Part shown: positions 24,382-36,013 of the stretch, one piece after another
Position numbering within the stretch: the stretch's first letter is position 1
How the letters are laid out: every line of letters starts with the position of its first letter
Assembly (NCBI RefSeq): GCF_006345805.1
Contig: NC_043021.1
Location: forward strand, 17,360,001 to 17,424,000
DNA: 64,000 nucleotides
Direction: 5' to 3'
Origin: Octopus sinensis
Taxonomy: Eukaryota
Position numbers and translations under genes: made by a program
The notes under the pieces: generated by a model
Told to the model about the DNA's origin: nothing
The model's database searches: none
What the model saw: only the letters and a program-made list of their open reading frames with translations

Positions 24382-24797
24382 AATGAACTTTTATTTTGTT
24401 TTTGGATTTGGTTTGCAGGATTCTTTATGTGAGTTCGTGTGTTGAAGCATATTCTGTTGTGTCTGAGGAGAGTCATTTTCTTTTCGTGCCTTATAATTTA
24501 ACACACTCACCGGTAAAATTTCCACTTATTTCTTCAAAAATTTTTTTTATCCTTCTAAAATTTTCGTTGCGTCTTGCAACCTTTTCGATCGTTTTGAGAG
24601 TCAAAACTATTGAAAGACGCAACGAATATTTTAGAAGAATAAAAAAGAAATAAGTAGAAATTTTACCGGTGAGTGTCTTAAATTATAAGGCACCAAAAGA
24701 AAATTACTCTTCCCAGACACAACAAAATATGTTTCAACACACGAACTCACATAAAGAATCCTGCAAACCAAATCCAAAAACGAAATAAAAGTTCATT
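24382..24797. mobile_element. ~415-bp imperfect palindrome (fold-back/MITE-like); related fragments at ~22915-23045 and 24310-24370
   Basis: aatgaacttttattttgtttttggatttggtttgcagg... / ...cctgcaaaccaaatccaaaaacgaaataaaagttcatt; centre gttttgagagtcaaaac. Confidence 0.8.
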
Positions 24798-24933
24798 GGA
24801 TTAAGAGATTCAGTTGAAAGCTGGATACAACGTTTTGCAGAATTTAATAGTGAATATCCGTATGCTATGTTCAAATCTCAGTGATGTCGACTTCAGCTTA
24901 CATTAGCTTGAAATCTATAATCTAATTCGGTTT

Positions 24934-25317
24934 GTGGAGGCGCAATGGCCCAGTGGTTAGGGCAGCGGACTCGCGGTCATAGGATCGCGGTTTCGATTCA
25001 CAGACCGGGCGTTATGAGTGTTTATTGAGCGAAAACACCTAAAAGCTCCACGAGGCTCCGGCAGGGGATGGTGGTGATCCCTGCTGTACTCTTTCACTAC
25101 AACTTTCTCTCACTCTTACTTCCTGTTTCTGTTGTACCTGTATTTCAAGGGGCCGGCCTTGTCACTCTCTGTGTCACGCTGAATATCCCCGAGAACTACG
25201 TTAAGGGTACACGTGTCTGTGGAGTGCTCAGCCACTTGCACGTTAATTTCACGAGCAGGCTGTTCCGTTGATTCGGATCAACCGGAACCCTCATCGTCGT
25301 AACCGACGGAGTGCTTC
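24934..25317 (+). mobile_element. Full-length tRNA-derived SINE (octopus OR-like) with 12-bp TSD
   Basis: Head ggaggcgcaatggcccagtggttagggcagcggactcgcgg; TSD ctaattcggttt at 24922-24933 and 25318-25329. Confidence 0.85.
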
Positions 25318-25711
25318 CTAATTCGGTTTAATATCAATCCAAATATACAAGTTAATATTATCGACAATTACCCCTTTCAGCCGGAGCTAACATCACTTAT
25401 CGAGTTAGAAATTAATAGTGGATTCATAGAATCGGTAGAGCACCGTATAACGTGCCTTGCGTGAATTAGCTACGAATCCTTACGTTCTAAGTTCAAAGCT
25501 CGACGATGTCAACTATTAAAATTTTTTTATTAATTACCAGTATATAGGCGCAGGAGTGGCTGTGTGGTAAGTAGCCTGTCTACCAACCACATGGTTCCGG
25601 GTTCAGTCCCACTGCGTGGCACCTTGGGCAAGTGTCTTCTGCTATAGCCCCGGGCCGACCAAAGCCTTGTGAGTGGATTTGGTAAACGGAAACTGAAAGA
25701 AGCCCGTCGTA

Positions 25712-25751
<40 letters not shown>

Positions 25752-26439
25752 CGTGTGTGTGTTTGTCCCTCTAGCATTGCTTGACAACCGATGCTGGTGT
25801 GTTTACGTCCCCGTTACTTAGCGGTTCAGCAAAAGAGACCGATAGAATAAGTACTGGGCTTACAAAGAATAAGTCCCAGGGTCGATTTGCTCGACTAAAG
25901 GCGGTGCTCCAGCATGGCCACAGTCAAATGACTGAAACAAGTAAAAGAGTAAAAGAGTGGATTCATAGAATCGGCAGAGCACCGTATAACGTGCCTTGCG
26001 TGAATTAGCTACGAATCCGTACGTTCTAAGTTCAAAGCTCGACGATGTCAACTATTAAAATTTTTTAAATTAATTACCAGTATACGAAGTTTCAAATTGT
26101 TTAGTTAACTAGAAATTCCGTCCATCAAAAGGAAAAGATCCATATTATTACTTCTTCCAGATTTGATAAGAATTAAATATCAATTAATGCACAGGGATGT
26201 GCGTCGATATATTATCGATTATTAATTGTGAGACATTGTGTTAACCCGAGAAATCGATATTTATCCGACTCATAAATTTCGGGAGGATTTATATGAAAAA
26301 TATTCTTAACACAATATCGATTACGGGACGACACACAGACAAAATAAAAAGTCATCTCACTTGAACATTACCTATAGGTTCGTATACAAACTGCGTGGAG
26401 TGAGAACACACACACACACACATAGATATACAAACATAC

Positions 26440-26482
<43 letters not shown>

Positions 26483-26706
26483 CACATAAATACATGTATG
26501 TATATATATATATACATACATATGTATGTGTGTGTGGGTATACACACATGCATCTATATATACATAGAATATATACACAAACATATATATATATATATAT
26601 ATCTAAAATTAAATAATAAGGGTAGAAATTGAATTAAAACCAGTGGCTTAGCATATTTAAAAAATCCGAAGATTAAAAATTGTGTGTATATATATATATA
26701 TGTATG

Positions 26707-26746
<40 letters not shown>

Positions 26747-26853
26747 TTATTTTATATATATATACATATACATATATATATGTATATATATTCGCCATGA
26801 TAGAACGTTATCTACTTCACACATTTTTTTCTCCTTGTTTTTTTTCTGTGTCC

Positions 26854-26890
26854 CTTTCTGTAGAAGAGCGTAAGGCTCGAAACATAAAAG
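26854..26890 (+). ncRNA. Minimal hammerhead-like motif (CUGUAGA core variant)
   Basis: cttt-CTGTAGA-AGAGC-GTAAG-GCTC-GAAA-cata-aaag, in the same repeat family as 1-389. Confidence 0.4.
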
Positions 26891-27407
26891 ACATTTTCTA
26901 TTCCTGAGCGTTATACTAATACATCTGTTTGTTTTATACACCACCTGTCTTCGTCTTTTTTTTTTCGTAAACTCTCCCTATGTATACAAGTATATATATA
27001 TATATATATATATATAAGATAAATGAAAAAGTGTATTGTAAATAAACAACAACGGTAGAAAACGTATAGCGTATAGTAAGTGTACAATTGGAATGGGGGA
27101 CAGACACAGAATGTCCCTAATTCTTCATCGGTTATCGGCCAGATGATATTACTCAGTTTCGCACCTTCGATGATAAGGACTTTCCTTGCTGATAAGGACT
27201 TCTCGAGGAAGTTGCGGAGAATATAGGGCCGAGAGCAACCAAAATAGTACAGAGTGGACACACGACAGTGAATAAATGTAATTTAAGACAATGGTCAAAG
27301 ACGAAACAATCAAGAAACGAGTAAACACACACACACACATATATATACCTGTGTGTGTGTATGTGTGTATATATATATATATACCTGTATATATATATAT
27401 ATGTACC

Positions 27408-27442
<35 letters not shown>

Positions 27443-27913
27443 ATATATATATATATATATACTTGTATATATAAATAGATGTGTGTATTTTTCCCTTGTT
27501 AACAATTAACCTGTACATACATACATACACACACACACATATATACATACACACACATAAACAAATGTCTGTATGGATGTTTTAAGTAAAGATTACGAAA
27601 GAAAAATAACTCAGAGTCTAGTGGCATCTATGTGATCAATATAAACAAGTATATATATATATATGTATATATATGTGTGTGTGTGTATGTTTCTTTATAT
27701 ATAATTTTTATACCTATATTATTGCGGCGTACGTAGACTCGTTCCCTTATGTATGCTTACATTCTATCCATTTGTACGACTTCTAAAAACTTTCTCTATA
27801 CTTCACTTTCTGTCTTTCTCTTTCTCGCCTTGATTCTTTGGTCCCCCTCTTCCCCCACGAATGAACAAAACCAACATACCAGGTTTTGTTCATTCATGAT
27901 ATATTTTGAATTC

Positions 27914-27977
27914 GTTTCACTGAAGAGCAAGAGACGTAGATAATACATTAATTGCGAAATCACAGGTGATCTGGAAC
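27914..27977 (+). ncRNA. Type I hammerhead ribozyme with canonical core, AUC cleavage triplet
   Basis: gtttca-CTGAAGA-gcaa...ttgc-GAAA-tcac-ag-gtga-TC-tggaac; all three stems pair. Confidence 0.8.
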
Positions 27978-29844
27978 TAAATTCTGTTTTTAAATGTCTT
28001 GCTTCGAGAGCTGCATTCGGTACGATTTGTTTATTTTTGGTAGTTATGACTTTAAAAGTCCGTCCTAGCGTGTGGCATTTATGTGTAATAATGCCCTCTA
28101 TATAATATAAATAAATATTTTCAAGTTAAAAAATTTACAGATTTTTTCTCTTATGAGGTTTTTCACGCTAACTACCTGATAATTTCTTATTAAGATTTTA
28201 TCCTATTTTAAATATATATATATATATTATATATTATATTATATAATATATATAATAGTTGAAATTTAGAGAAAAACATATATAATCATCATCACTTAAC
28301 GTCCGCTTTCCATGCTAGAATGGGTTGGACGATTTGACTGAGGGCTGGCGAACCAGATGGCTGCACCAGGCTCCAATCTTGATCTGGCAGAGTTTCTACA
28401 GCTGAATGCCCTTCCTAACGCCAACCACTCCGAGAGTGTAGTGGATGCTTTTACGTGCCACCAGCACGGGTGTCAGTCAGGCGGTACTGGCAACGACTTC
28501 GCTCGAATGTTTTTACCCGTACCAGTAAGGCGATGCTGGTAACGATCACGCTCGAATGGTGCCTTTTACATGCCACCGGACGTCACATATTTAACACCCC
28601 TCCTCCCTTAACACACACCATTTTCTGGTATTTTTCAAATGATTGGTCGCCTTGAGCTCTTGTCATTTTGGCCCGACACTCAACTAGTCTTGAAATGTGT
28701 TGTCATTCAGAAAACATGGGTTCAGCTTAAACGAAGGTTTGCTTCTTGGAGCAAAAAGACAAAGGAAACACTTTGAAGGTAATGGCAATAGAATTTAACG
28801 AGTTTTAGGCCAAATTTTATGCTGGTAATTTGTTAGGGTTCGTCAACCATCATAAAAAAATGCTTAGCTGTTGTAATACAACTTTACAGAACCCTATATT
28901 GTAATTGATCACAAGCGGATGCTATAATGTCTATTTGGGGACTGATTCAAGAAGATGGCTTCTAATGATCGTCTGCTTCACGCGCCTTTGCATTGAGCAG
29001 TACATTAACAACATGTGCGATCTTTGTGCTTCCTTAGAATCTTCTATGTTTGGCTGCCACTTTTCTTCCAATTGATTTCATATTTGGTGTATCGATGTAG
29101 TTTTGTATGGTAATCATTGACATGAAATTCATTTCTGCCATAAATCAATAAATAAAGAGTTAATAGCTTTTAAAATTTCCAAATTTGTGTACTTTTTAGC
29201 CAATCGAAAGCCACAGACATGTAGGTGCCTGTTTCCATAGTAACAATCCAAACTGTAAATAAGTTGCTTATTAAATGCTTAAAACATGATGTATGAGGTA
29301 GTCGGGAGATGTGCAAAAAATGATAGCTAAATAGGCCTTAAATTACGAACCCCAATTTTTTGTGCATAATCGTATAAATTCCAGCGTAAAATACAAATTC
29401 GCAAACATTTTTCTGAAAATTCAAAACATTTTTTAAAGTTACAAGTTTTTATATGATGTGCATATAGCAGAATCCCGTCAATATTTCACTTGTTTACAGT
29501 TGACAACACGTAATGACAGCTTCCAAATCCTATTTTCTGACTGGGTAAAAACGATCAAACTTTTAACTTTTTTTTAAAAAATGCTTCCGGAAAAAGTGAG
29601 ATTCAGCATGGAAAATTACCCCAATACACCAGATTTCAAAATTTTCACTAAACTTTGAAATTTCCACAGGTGCAACCAGACAGAAAAAAGTCCCTTATTG
29701 ACAACTTATGCATTGCATATGTATGTATGCAATGCATATATGTGTATATGCATGTAAGCTGCGTTCATATGCTTTGCGTCTATGTATGAGTTCATGCTTG
29801 AATCTGTTTATACGGATACATATATAATAGTATATCTGATTGTA

Positions 29845-31103
29845 CGAGGGGCGTTCAATAAGTAATGCCCCCTGACCCACTTGCAGTTGTTTGATCTATG
29901 TGAAATTTTGCATGTGCACTTATTTATACCTCTATAGATTAAGTGGCGAATTACAGCTCTGAACTAATTGTGGTTTCTGATTTACAGGTGTTTGAACTAA
30001 GTCAAGTGTGAAATGGAGCCTGTTGAGTGTCGAGCAGTGATCTGGTTTTTGTATTTGAAAGGACGCACACCACGGGAGACTTTTGATGAAATGAAAGTAA
30101 CTTATGGTGATGATACCCCATCATATGACCTTGTAAACGCTGGCATTGTGAATTCAAACATAGTCGGAACTCTGTGGAAACAGCTCCCAGATCTGGTCGC
30201 CCCCTTCTGCCGTTGATGAGACGTCTGTCCGTCAAGTTGAGGCTGCCATTTTGGAAGGTCAACGCATAACTATTCGCCAAATAGCCCATAAGGTCAAGAT
30301 TAGTACCGGGTCTTTGGAAACTATCATTCATGACCATTTGCATATGCAAAAGGTGTCTGCCAGATGGATTTCCAGGTTGCTCACACCTTTCCAGAAGCAA
30401 GAACGCGTTGAGTGCTCGAGGATGAATTTGGAGATGTGCCAAGAAGATGAGTCAAAATTTTTCAAAAGACTGATCACACAGGATAAAACCTGGGTCCATC
30501 ACTATGATCCATAGACCAAAGTCCAGTCAATGCAGTGAAAGCACCGCGACTCACCTCCTCCAAAGAAGGCAAGGGTGCAGCCCTCCGCTGACAAGGTTAT
30601 GCTCACAGTCTTCTGGGACCAGGACGGAGTAGTGATGACAGATTTCCTGGCAAAGGGTACCACAATTACAGGAGCCTATTATTATGCTTCACTTTTGAGG
30701 AAATTAAGAGAAGGAGGCGGGGCAAGATCAGCAAAGGCATCCTCCTCCTGCAGGACAACGCTCCGGTTCACCTCTCGCGTGTCGCCAGATCAGAAGTACA
30801 GGCGTGCAGCTATGAACTCCTCCCCTTGCACCCTCTGATTTTCACCTCTTCCCAGTCATGAGTTGATTTTGAAAGGAAAGCGTTTCCCAGATGATGCAGC
30901 GCCTTGATTCTGAAGTCACGTCGTGGTTGGAGGACCAAGCTGGGGTCTTCTACAAAAACGTCTCCAGAGCTGTATCAAACGATGGGAGAAATGCATAACT
31001 CTGGGTAGTTCCTATGTAGGAAAAGACTAATAACTGTGCCAAGTGTCGTTGCTCTACTGCTATGGGAAGTGGGTCAGGGGCATTACTTATTGAACGCCCC
31101 TCG
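29845..31103 (+). mobile_element. Full-length defective mariner transposon (~1.26 kb, irritans/Hsmar2-like) with TA TSD
   Basis: TIR cgaggggcgttcaataagtaatgcccc(c)tgacccactt at both ends, flanked by TA. Transposase from 30013 with RAVI.FL, WISRLL, ITQDKTWVHHYDP, KVMLTVFWD and QDNAPVH; stops and frameshifts present. Confidence 0.95.
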
Positions 31104-32471
31104 TACGTATATGAGCAAGCACGTATCTAACTTATGTGTACATGTGCACTAATAGGCTAAAAGCCTTATTCTAAAGAAAATAAACCAAACATGCCATCGA
31201 GTGAATGTGGGACAGGAAGCCGAATTCTTTGAAGTCGACAAATTCGTATTTGGGACTCTCTCTCTCTTTTACTTGTTTCAGTCATTTGATTGCGGCCATG
31301 CTGGAGCGCCGCCTTTAGTCGAGCAAATCGACCCCGGGACTTATTCTTTGTAAGCCCAGTACTTATTCTATCGGTCTCTTTTTTGCCGAACCGCTATGTG
31401 ACGGGGACGTAAACACACCAGCATCGGTTGTCAAGCAATGCTAAGTGGACAAACACAGACACACAAACACACACGGTATTTCGTCTGCCGTTACGTTCTG
31501 AGTTCAAATTCCGCCGAGGTCGACTTTGCCTTTCATCCTTTCGGGGTCGATAAATTAAGTACCAGTTACGCACTGTGGTCGATGTAATCGACTTAATCCC
31601 TTTGTCTGTCCTTGTTTGTTCCCTCTATGTTTAGCCCCTTGTGGGCAATAAAGAAATAATTACTCTTTACTCTCTTTTACTTGTTTCAGTCATTTGACTG
31701 CGGCCATGCTGGAGCACGGCCTTTAGTCGAGCAAATCGACCCCGGGACTTACCCTTTGTAAGCCCAGTACTTATTCTATCGGTCCTTGTGCCGAACCGCT
31801 AAGTGACGGGGACGTAAACACACCAGCATCGGTTCTCAAGGAATGCTAGGGGGACAAACACACACACATATATATATGTATATACATATATACGACAGGC
31901 TTCTTTCAGTTTCCGTCTACCAAATCCACTCACAAGGCATTCGTCGGCCCGGGGTTATAGCAGAAGAAACTTGCCCAAGATGCCACGCAGTGGGACTGAA
32001 CCCGGAACCATGTGGTTGCGGAATTTTATCCATCAATTTCCTAACTACGAGAGACTAAAAGAAATGGAAGTGATTTTGACGTTTAAAGCTGAAGCTTTTC
32101 TCCAAAAACAGGACAAAGGTGTATAGACAGAAGGAAGAGGTATAGAGGAAGGGTAAAATAGGGCCAGAGAAATATAAAACGATCTGCATCAAACTTATAT
32201 GAGTCTGAGACGTTTTAGCACAACTGATTCGATGCTGACTTCCTTGACAACAGACAGTCTAATGTTTCTCCCATTCTCTCTGTTTATGCATATGAGCATC
32301 TAGTTATGTTTGTATGTGTAATGTCTCTCTCTTTCTCTCTACTTATCTATCTCTGTATGTGTATGCTTATTTGCCTTCAGTGCCGAAGCAGTTTGATGTC
32401 CAATCAGTCCTCGTAGTATCCAAAGAGCCACACACATACGCATATATGTGTGTGTGTGTGTGTGGTGTATA

Positions 32472-32514
<43 letters not shown>

Positions 32515-32873
32515 ATATATGCCTTCTGGCATGTATATATATATATATAATGCCTTCTGGCATGTATGTATAATGCCCTCTATATATAAATTAATATGTT
32601 CAATAAGAAATAATTATTTTCGAAATTTTTTCTCTTATGAGGTTTTTACGCTATCTACCTGACAATTTCTTGTTAAGTTTTCCTTATAAGTAGTTGTCCT
32701 TAATTGCTAAATTTTTATTCCGAAAAAACTTTTCCTCTCCCGAAATGCAATTCGTAAAAGTTTGCCATTTACCCGGATGTGATATATGTAAACTCACCCA
32801 TGTGCTTCGTTGATGTTGATCAGTTAGCTGATCGGCTTAAGCGGGGCAGGGTCGTTGTTTATTTATAACATTC

Positions 32874-32921
32874 AGGCCTGCTGATGATTACGTAAGTATG
32901 AAATCACTGTGATACAGGTCT
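32874..32921 (+). ncRNA. Type I hammerhead ribozyme, array copy 1
   Basis: aggcctg-CTGATGA-t-tac-gtaa-gta-t-GAAA-tcac-t-gtga-TA-caggtct; predicted cut after 32914 (AUA). Confidence 0.8.
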
Positions 32922-33348
32922 ATATTTTTAAATGTCTTACTTTGAAAAATTGCATTCGGTGGGAGTAGTAATATTTTGGTAGAAATGACTGATTGTCCCT
33001 CTTAGCGTTTGGCATGTATGTATAATGCCTTCTGGCATGTATGTATAATGCCCTCTATATATAAATTATATGTTCAATAAGAAATAATTATTTTCGAAAT
33101 TTTTTCTCTTATGAGGTTTTTACGCTATCTACCTGACAATTTCTTGTTAAGTTTTCCTTATTAAGTAGTTGTCCTTAATTGCTAAATTTTTATTCCGAAA
33201 AAACTTTTCCTCTCCCGAAATGCAATTCGTAAAAAGTTTGCCATTTACCGGATGTGATATATGTAAACTCACCCATGTGCTTCGTGATGTTGATCAGTTA
33301 GCTGATCGGCTTAGCGGGGCAGGGTCGTTGTTTATTTATAATACATTC

Positions 33349-33395
33349 AGGCCTGCTGATGATTACGTAAATATGAAATCACTGTGATACAGTCT
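33349..33395 (+). ncRNA. Type I hammerhead ribozyme, array copy 2 (stem II G>A, 1-nt stem I deletion)
   Basis: aggcctg-CTGATGA-ttacgtaaatat-GAAA-tcactgtga-TA-cagtct. Confidence 0.65.
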
Positions 33396-33822
33396 ATATT
33401 TTTAAATGTCTTACTTTGAAAAATTGCATTCGGTGGGATTAGTAATATTTTGGTAGAAATGACTGATTGTCCCTCTTAGCGTTTGGCATGTATGTATAAT
33501 GCCTTCTGGCATGTATGTACAATGCCCTCTATATATAAATTAATATGTTCAATAAGAAATAATTATTTTCGAATTTTTTCTCTTATGAGGTTTTTACGCT
33601 ATCTACCTGACAATTTCTTGTTAATTTTTCTTATTAAGTAGTTGTCCTTAATTGCTAAATTTTTATTCCGAAAAAACTTTTCCTCTCCCGAAATGCAATT
33701 CGTAAAAGTTTGCCATTTACCCGGATGTGATATATGTAAACTCACCCCACCATGTGCTTGTATGTTGATCAGTTAGCTGATCGGCTTAAGCGGGGCAGGG
33801 TCGTTGTTTATTTATAACATTC

Positions 33823-33870
33823 AGGCCTGCTGATGATTACGTAAGTATGAAATCACTGTGATACAGGTCT
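33823..33870 (+). ncRNA. Type I hammerhead ribozyme, array copy 3
   Basis: Identical to copy 1. Confidence 0.8.
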
Positions 33871-34299
33871 ATATTTTTAAATGTCTTACTTTGAAAAATT
33901 GCATTCGGTGGGATTAGTAATATTTTGGTAGAAATGACTGATTGTCCCTCTTAGCGTTTGGCATGTATGTATAATGCCTTCTGGCATGTATGTATAATGC
34001 CCTCTATATATAAATTAATATGTTCAATAAGAAATAATTATTTTCGAAATTTTTTCTCTTATGAGGTTTTTACGCTATCTACCTGACAATTTCTTGTTAA
34101 GTTTTCCTTATTAAGTAGTTGTCCTTAATTGCTAAATTTTATTTCCGAAAAAACTTTTCCTCTCCCGAAATGCAATTCGTAAAAGTTTGCCATTTACCCG
34201 GATGTGATATATGTAAACTCACCCATTGCTTCGTTGATGTTGATCAGTTAGCTGATCGGCTTAAGCGGGGCAGGGTCGTTGTTTATTTATAATACATTC

Positions 34300-34347
34300 A
34301 GGCCTGCTGATGATTACGTAAGTATGAAATCACTGTGATACAGGTCT
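34300..34347 (+). ncRNA. Type I hammerhead ribozyme, array copy 4
   Basis: Identical to copy 1. Confidence 0.8.
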
Positions 34348-34799
34348 ATATTTTTAAATGTCTTACTTTGAAAAATTGCATTCGGTGGGATTAGTAATAT
34401 TTTGGTAGAAATGACTGATTGTCCCTCTTAGCGTTTGGCATGTATGTATAATGCCTTCTGGCATGTATGTATAATGCCTTCTGGCATGTATGTATAATGC
34501 CCTCTATATATAAATTAATATGTTCAATAAGAAATATTATTTTCGAAATTTTTTCTCTTATGAGGTTTTTACGCTATCTACCTGACAATTTCTTGTTAAG
34601 TTTTCCTTATTAAGTAGTTGTCCTTAATTGCTAAATTTTTATTATCCGAAAAAACTTTTCCTCTCCCGAAATGCAATTCGTAAAAGTTTGCCATTTACCC
34701 GGATGTGATAATGTAAACTCACCCATGTGCTTCGTTGATGTTGATCAGTTAGCTGATCGGCTTAAGCGGGGCAGGGTCGTTGTTTATTTATATACATTC

Positions 34800-34847
34800 A
34801 GGCCTGCTGATGATTACGTAAGTATGAAATCACTGTGATACAGGTCT
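34800..34847 (+). ncRNA. Type I hammerhead ribozyme, array copy 5
   Basis: Identical to copy 1. Confidence 0.8.
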
Positions 34848-34991
34848 ATATTTTTAAATGTCTTACTTTGAAAAATTGCATTCGGTGGGATTAGTAATAT
34901 TTTTGGTAGAAATGACTGATTGTCCCTCTTAGCGTTTGGCATGTATGTATAATGCCTTCTGGCATGTATGTATAATGCCCTCTATATATAA

Positions 34992-35031
<40 letters not shown>

Positions 35032-35039
35032 TATATAAA

Positions 35040-35320
35040 TATGGCCCAGTGGTTAGGGCAGCAGACTCGCGGTTTCGATTCCCAGACCGGGCGTTGTGAG
35101 TGTTTATTGAGCGAAAACACCTAAAGCTCCACGAGGCTTCGGCAGGGTGGTAGTGGCGATCCCTGCTGTACTCTTTCGCCACTCTTTTTCTCACTCTTTC
35201 TTCTGTTGGCCTGCTCGCTTAGCCAGCGGGGTGGCGTCATTTGAAGGCTAAAACAATGTGAAGCGCATTGTGACCGGTGATGTGTAGCAACATCTGATAG
35301 CCTGGTCGGTCACGGTGATA
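35040..35320 (+). mobile_element. tRNA-derived SINE sharing the OR-like head but with a different tail; a partial head also lies at 12209-12363
   Basis: Same head as 24934, with a deletion between two tcgcggt repeats; tail ...gatagcctggtcggtcacggtgata. Confidence 0.75.
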
Positions 35321-36013
35321 TATATTACACACACATATATAAATAAATAAATGAGTGTATGCGTCTCTCCCTCTGTATCTTAATCTCTAAGTCTCTCTTT
35401 TTCTCCTAGGGTATCCTTGTATCTTTCTTACAGCAAGACACCTATCTCTACTATTCTTTTTAACCTCTCATCAACTGGAGCAGGGCCACGTCCCTCAATA
35501 CTATTCCTTCCCAGTCGAGAGGTCTTTTATGTTACTTGGTGACCCTGATGGTGCTGGTGCCACGAAAAAAAAAAAGCACATAGTACACTCTTTAAAGAGG
35601 TTGGCGTTAGGAAGGTTATCCAGCCATAGAAACCCTGCCAAAACGAACAATGGAGCCCAGAACAGTTCCTTGGCTTGCCAGCCCCTATCAAACCATCCAA
35701 CCCATGCCAGAATGGAAAACGGGCGCTAAATGGTGATGTAACGGTGTGTGCATGTGTATAAATTTCCCCGTCTTCTCATCTGTAAATGAATACCACTTCA
35801 GTGCTCATGCAGTCCTCTCCACCCCCAGTTGCCATATCCTTGATGTTAAGCTGGACCCAGGGTGGGAAGGCGAAGAGGAGATTTATCTCTGCTCAGAATA
35901 ACAGACATCAGCATCATATACAAAAATCATCACAAGTCATGGCTGTGGTTACTGTTTATATTTGAGGACTTGCAAGTAGATGAGTGTGGGGGGGAGTTTA
36001 TTTATTTTTTTAA

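Larger units (their letters stand above)
32520..34995 (+). repeat. Tandem array of 5 near-identical ~475-bp units, each carrying one hammerhead ribozyme (retrozyme / Penelope pLTR-like)
   Basis: HHR cores start at 32881, 33356, 33830, 34307 and 34807 (spacing 475, 474, 477, 500). The last spacing includes one extra 23-bp subrepeat. The array is flanked by (TA)n. Confidence 0.95.

Noticed and set aside
24937-25010. tRNA gene
   Set aside because: The A/B boxes belong to a SINE head that continues into a body and is flanked by a TSD.
27120-27230. Minus-strand hammerhead remnant (gca.cttc...gaag.tgc-GAAA-ctgag-TA-atat, followed by CCGATGA)
   Set aside because: CUGANGA is missing at the expected position and the alternative type II pairing is poor; at best a decayed copy.
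28640-29700. Non-repetitive AT-rich kilobase, possibly a non-autonomous DNA transposon
   Set aside because: No TIR pair, ORF or second copy could be identified by eye.
32520-34995. CRISPR-like or rDNA-like array
   Set aside because: Whole units repeat with no unique spacers, there is no rRNA similarity, and the context is eukaryotic.
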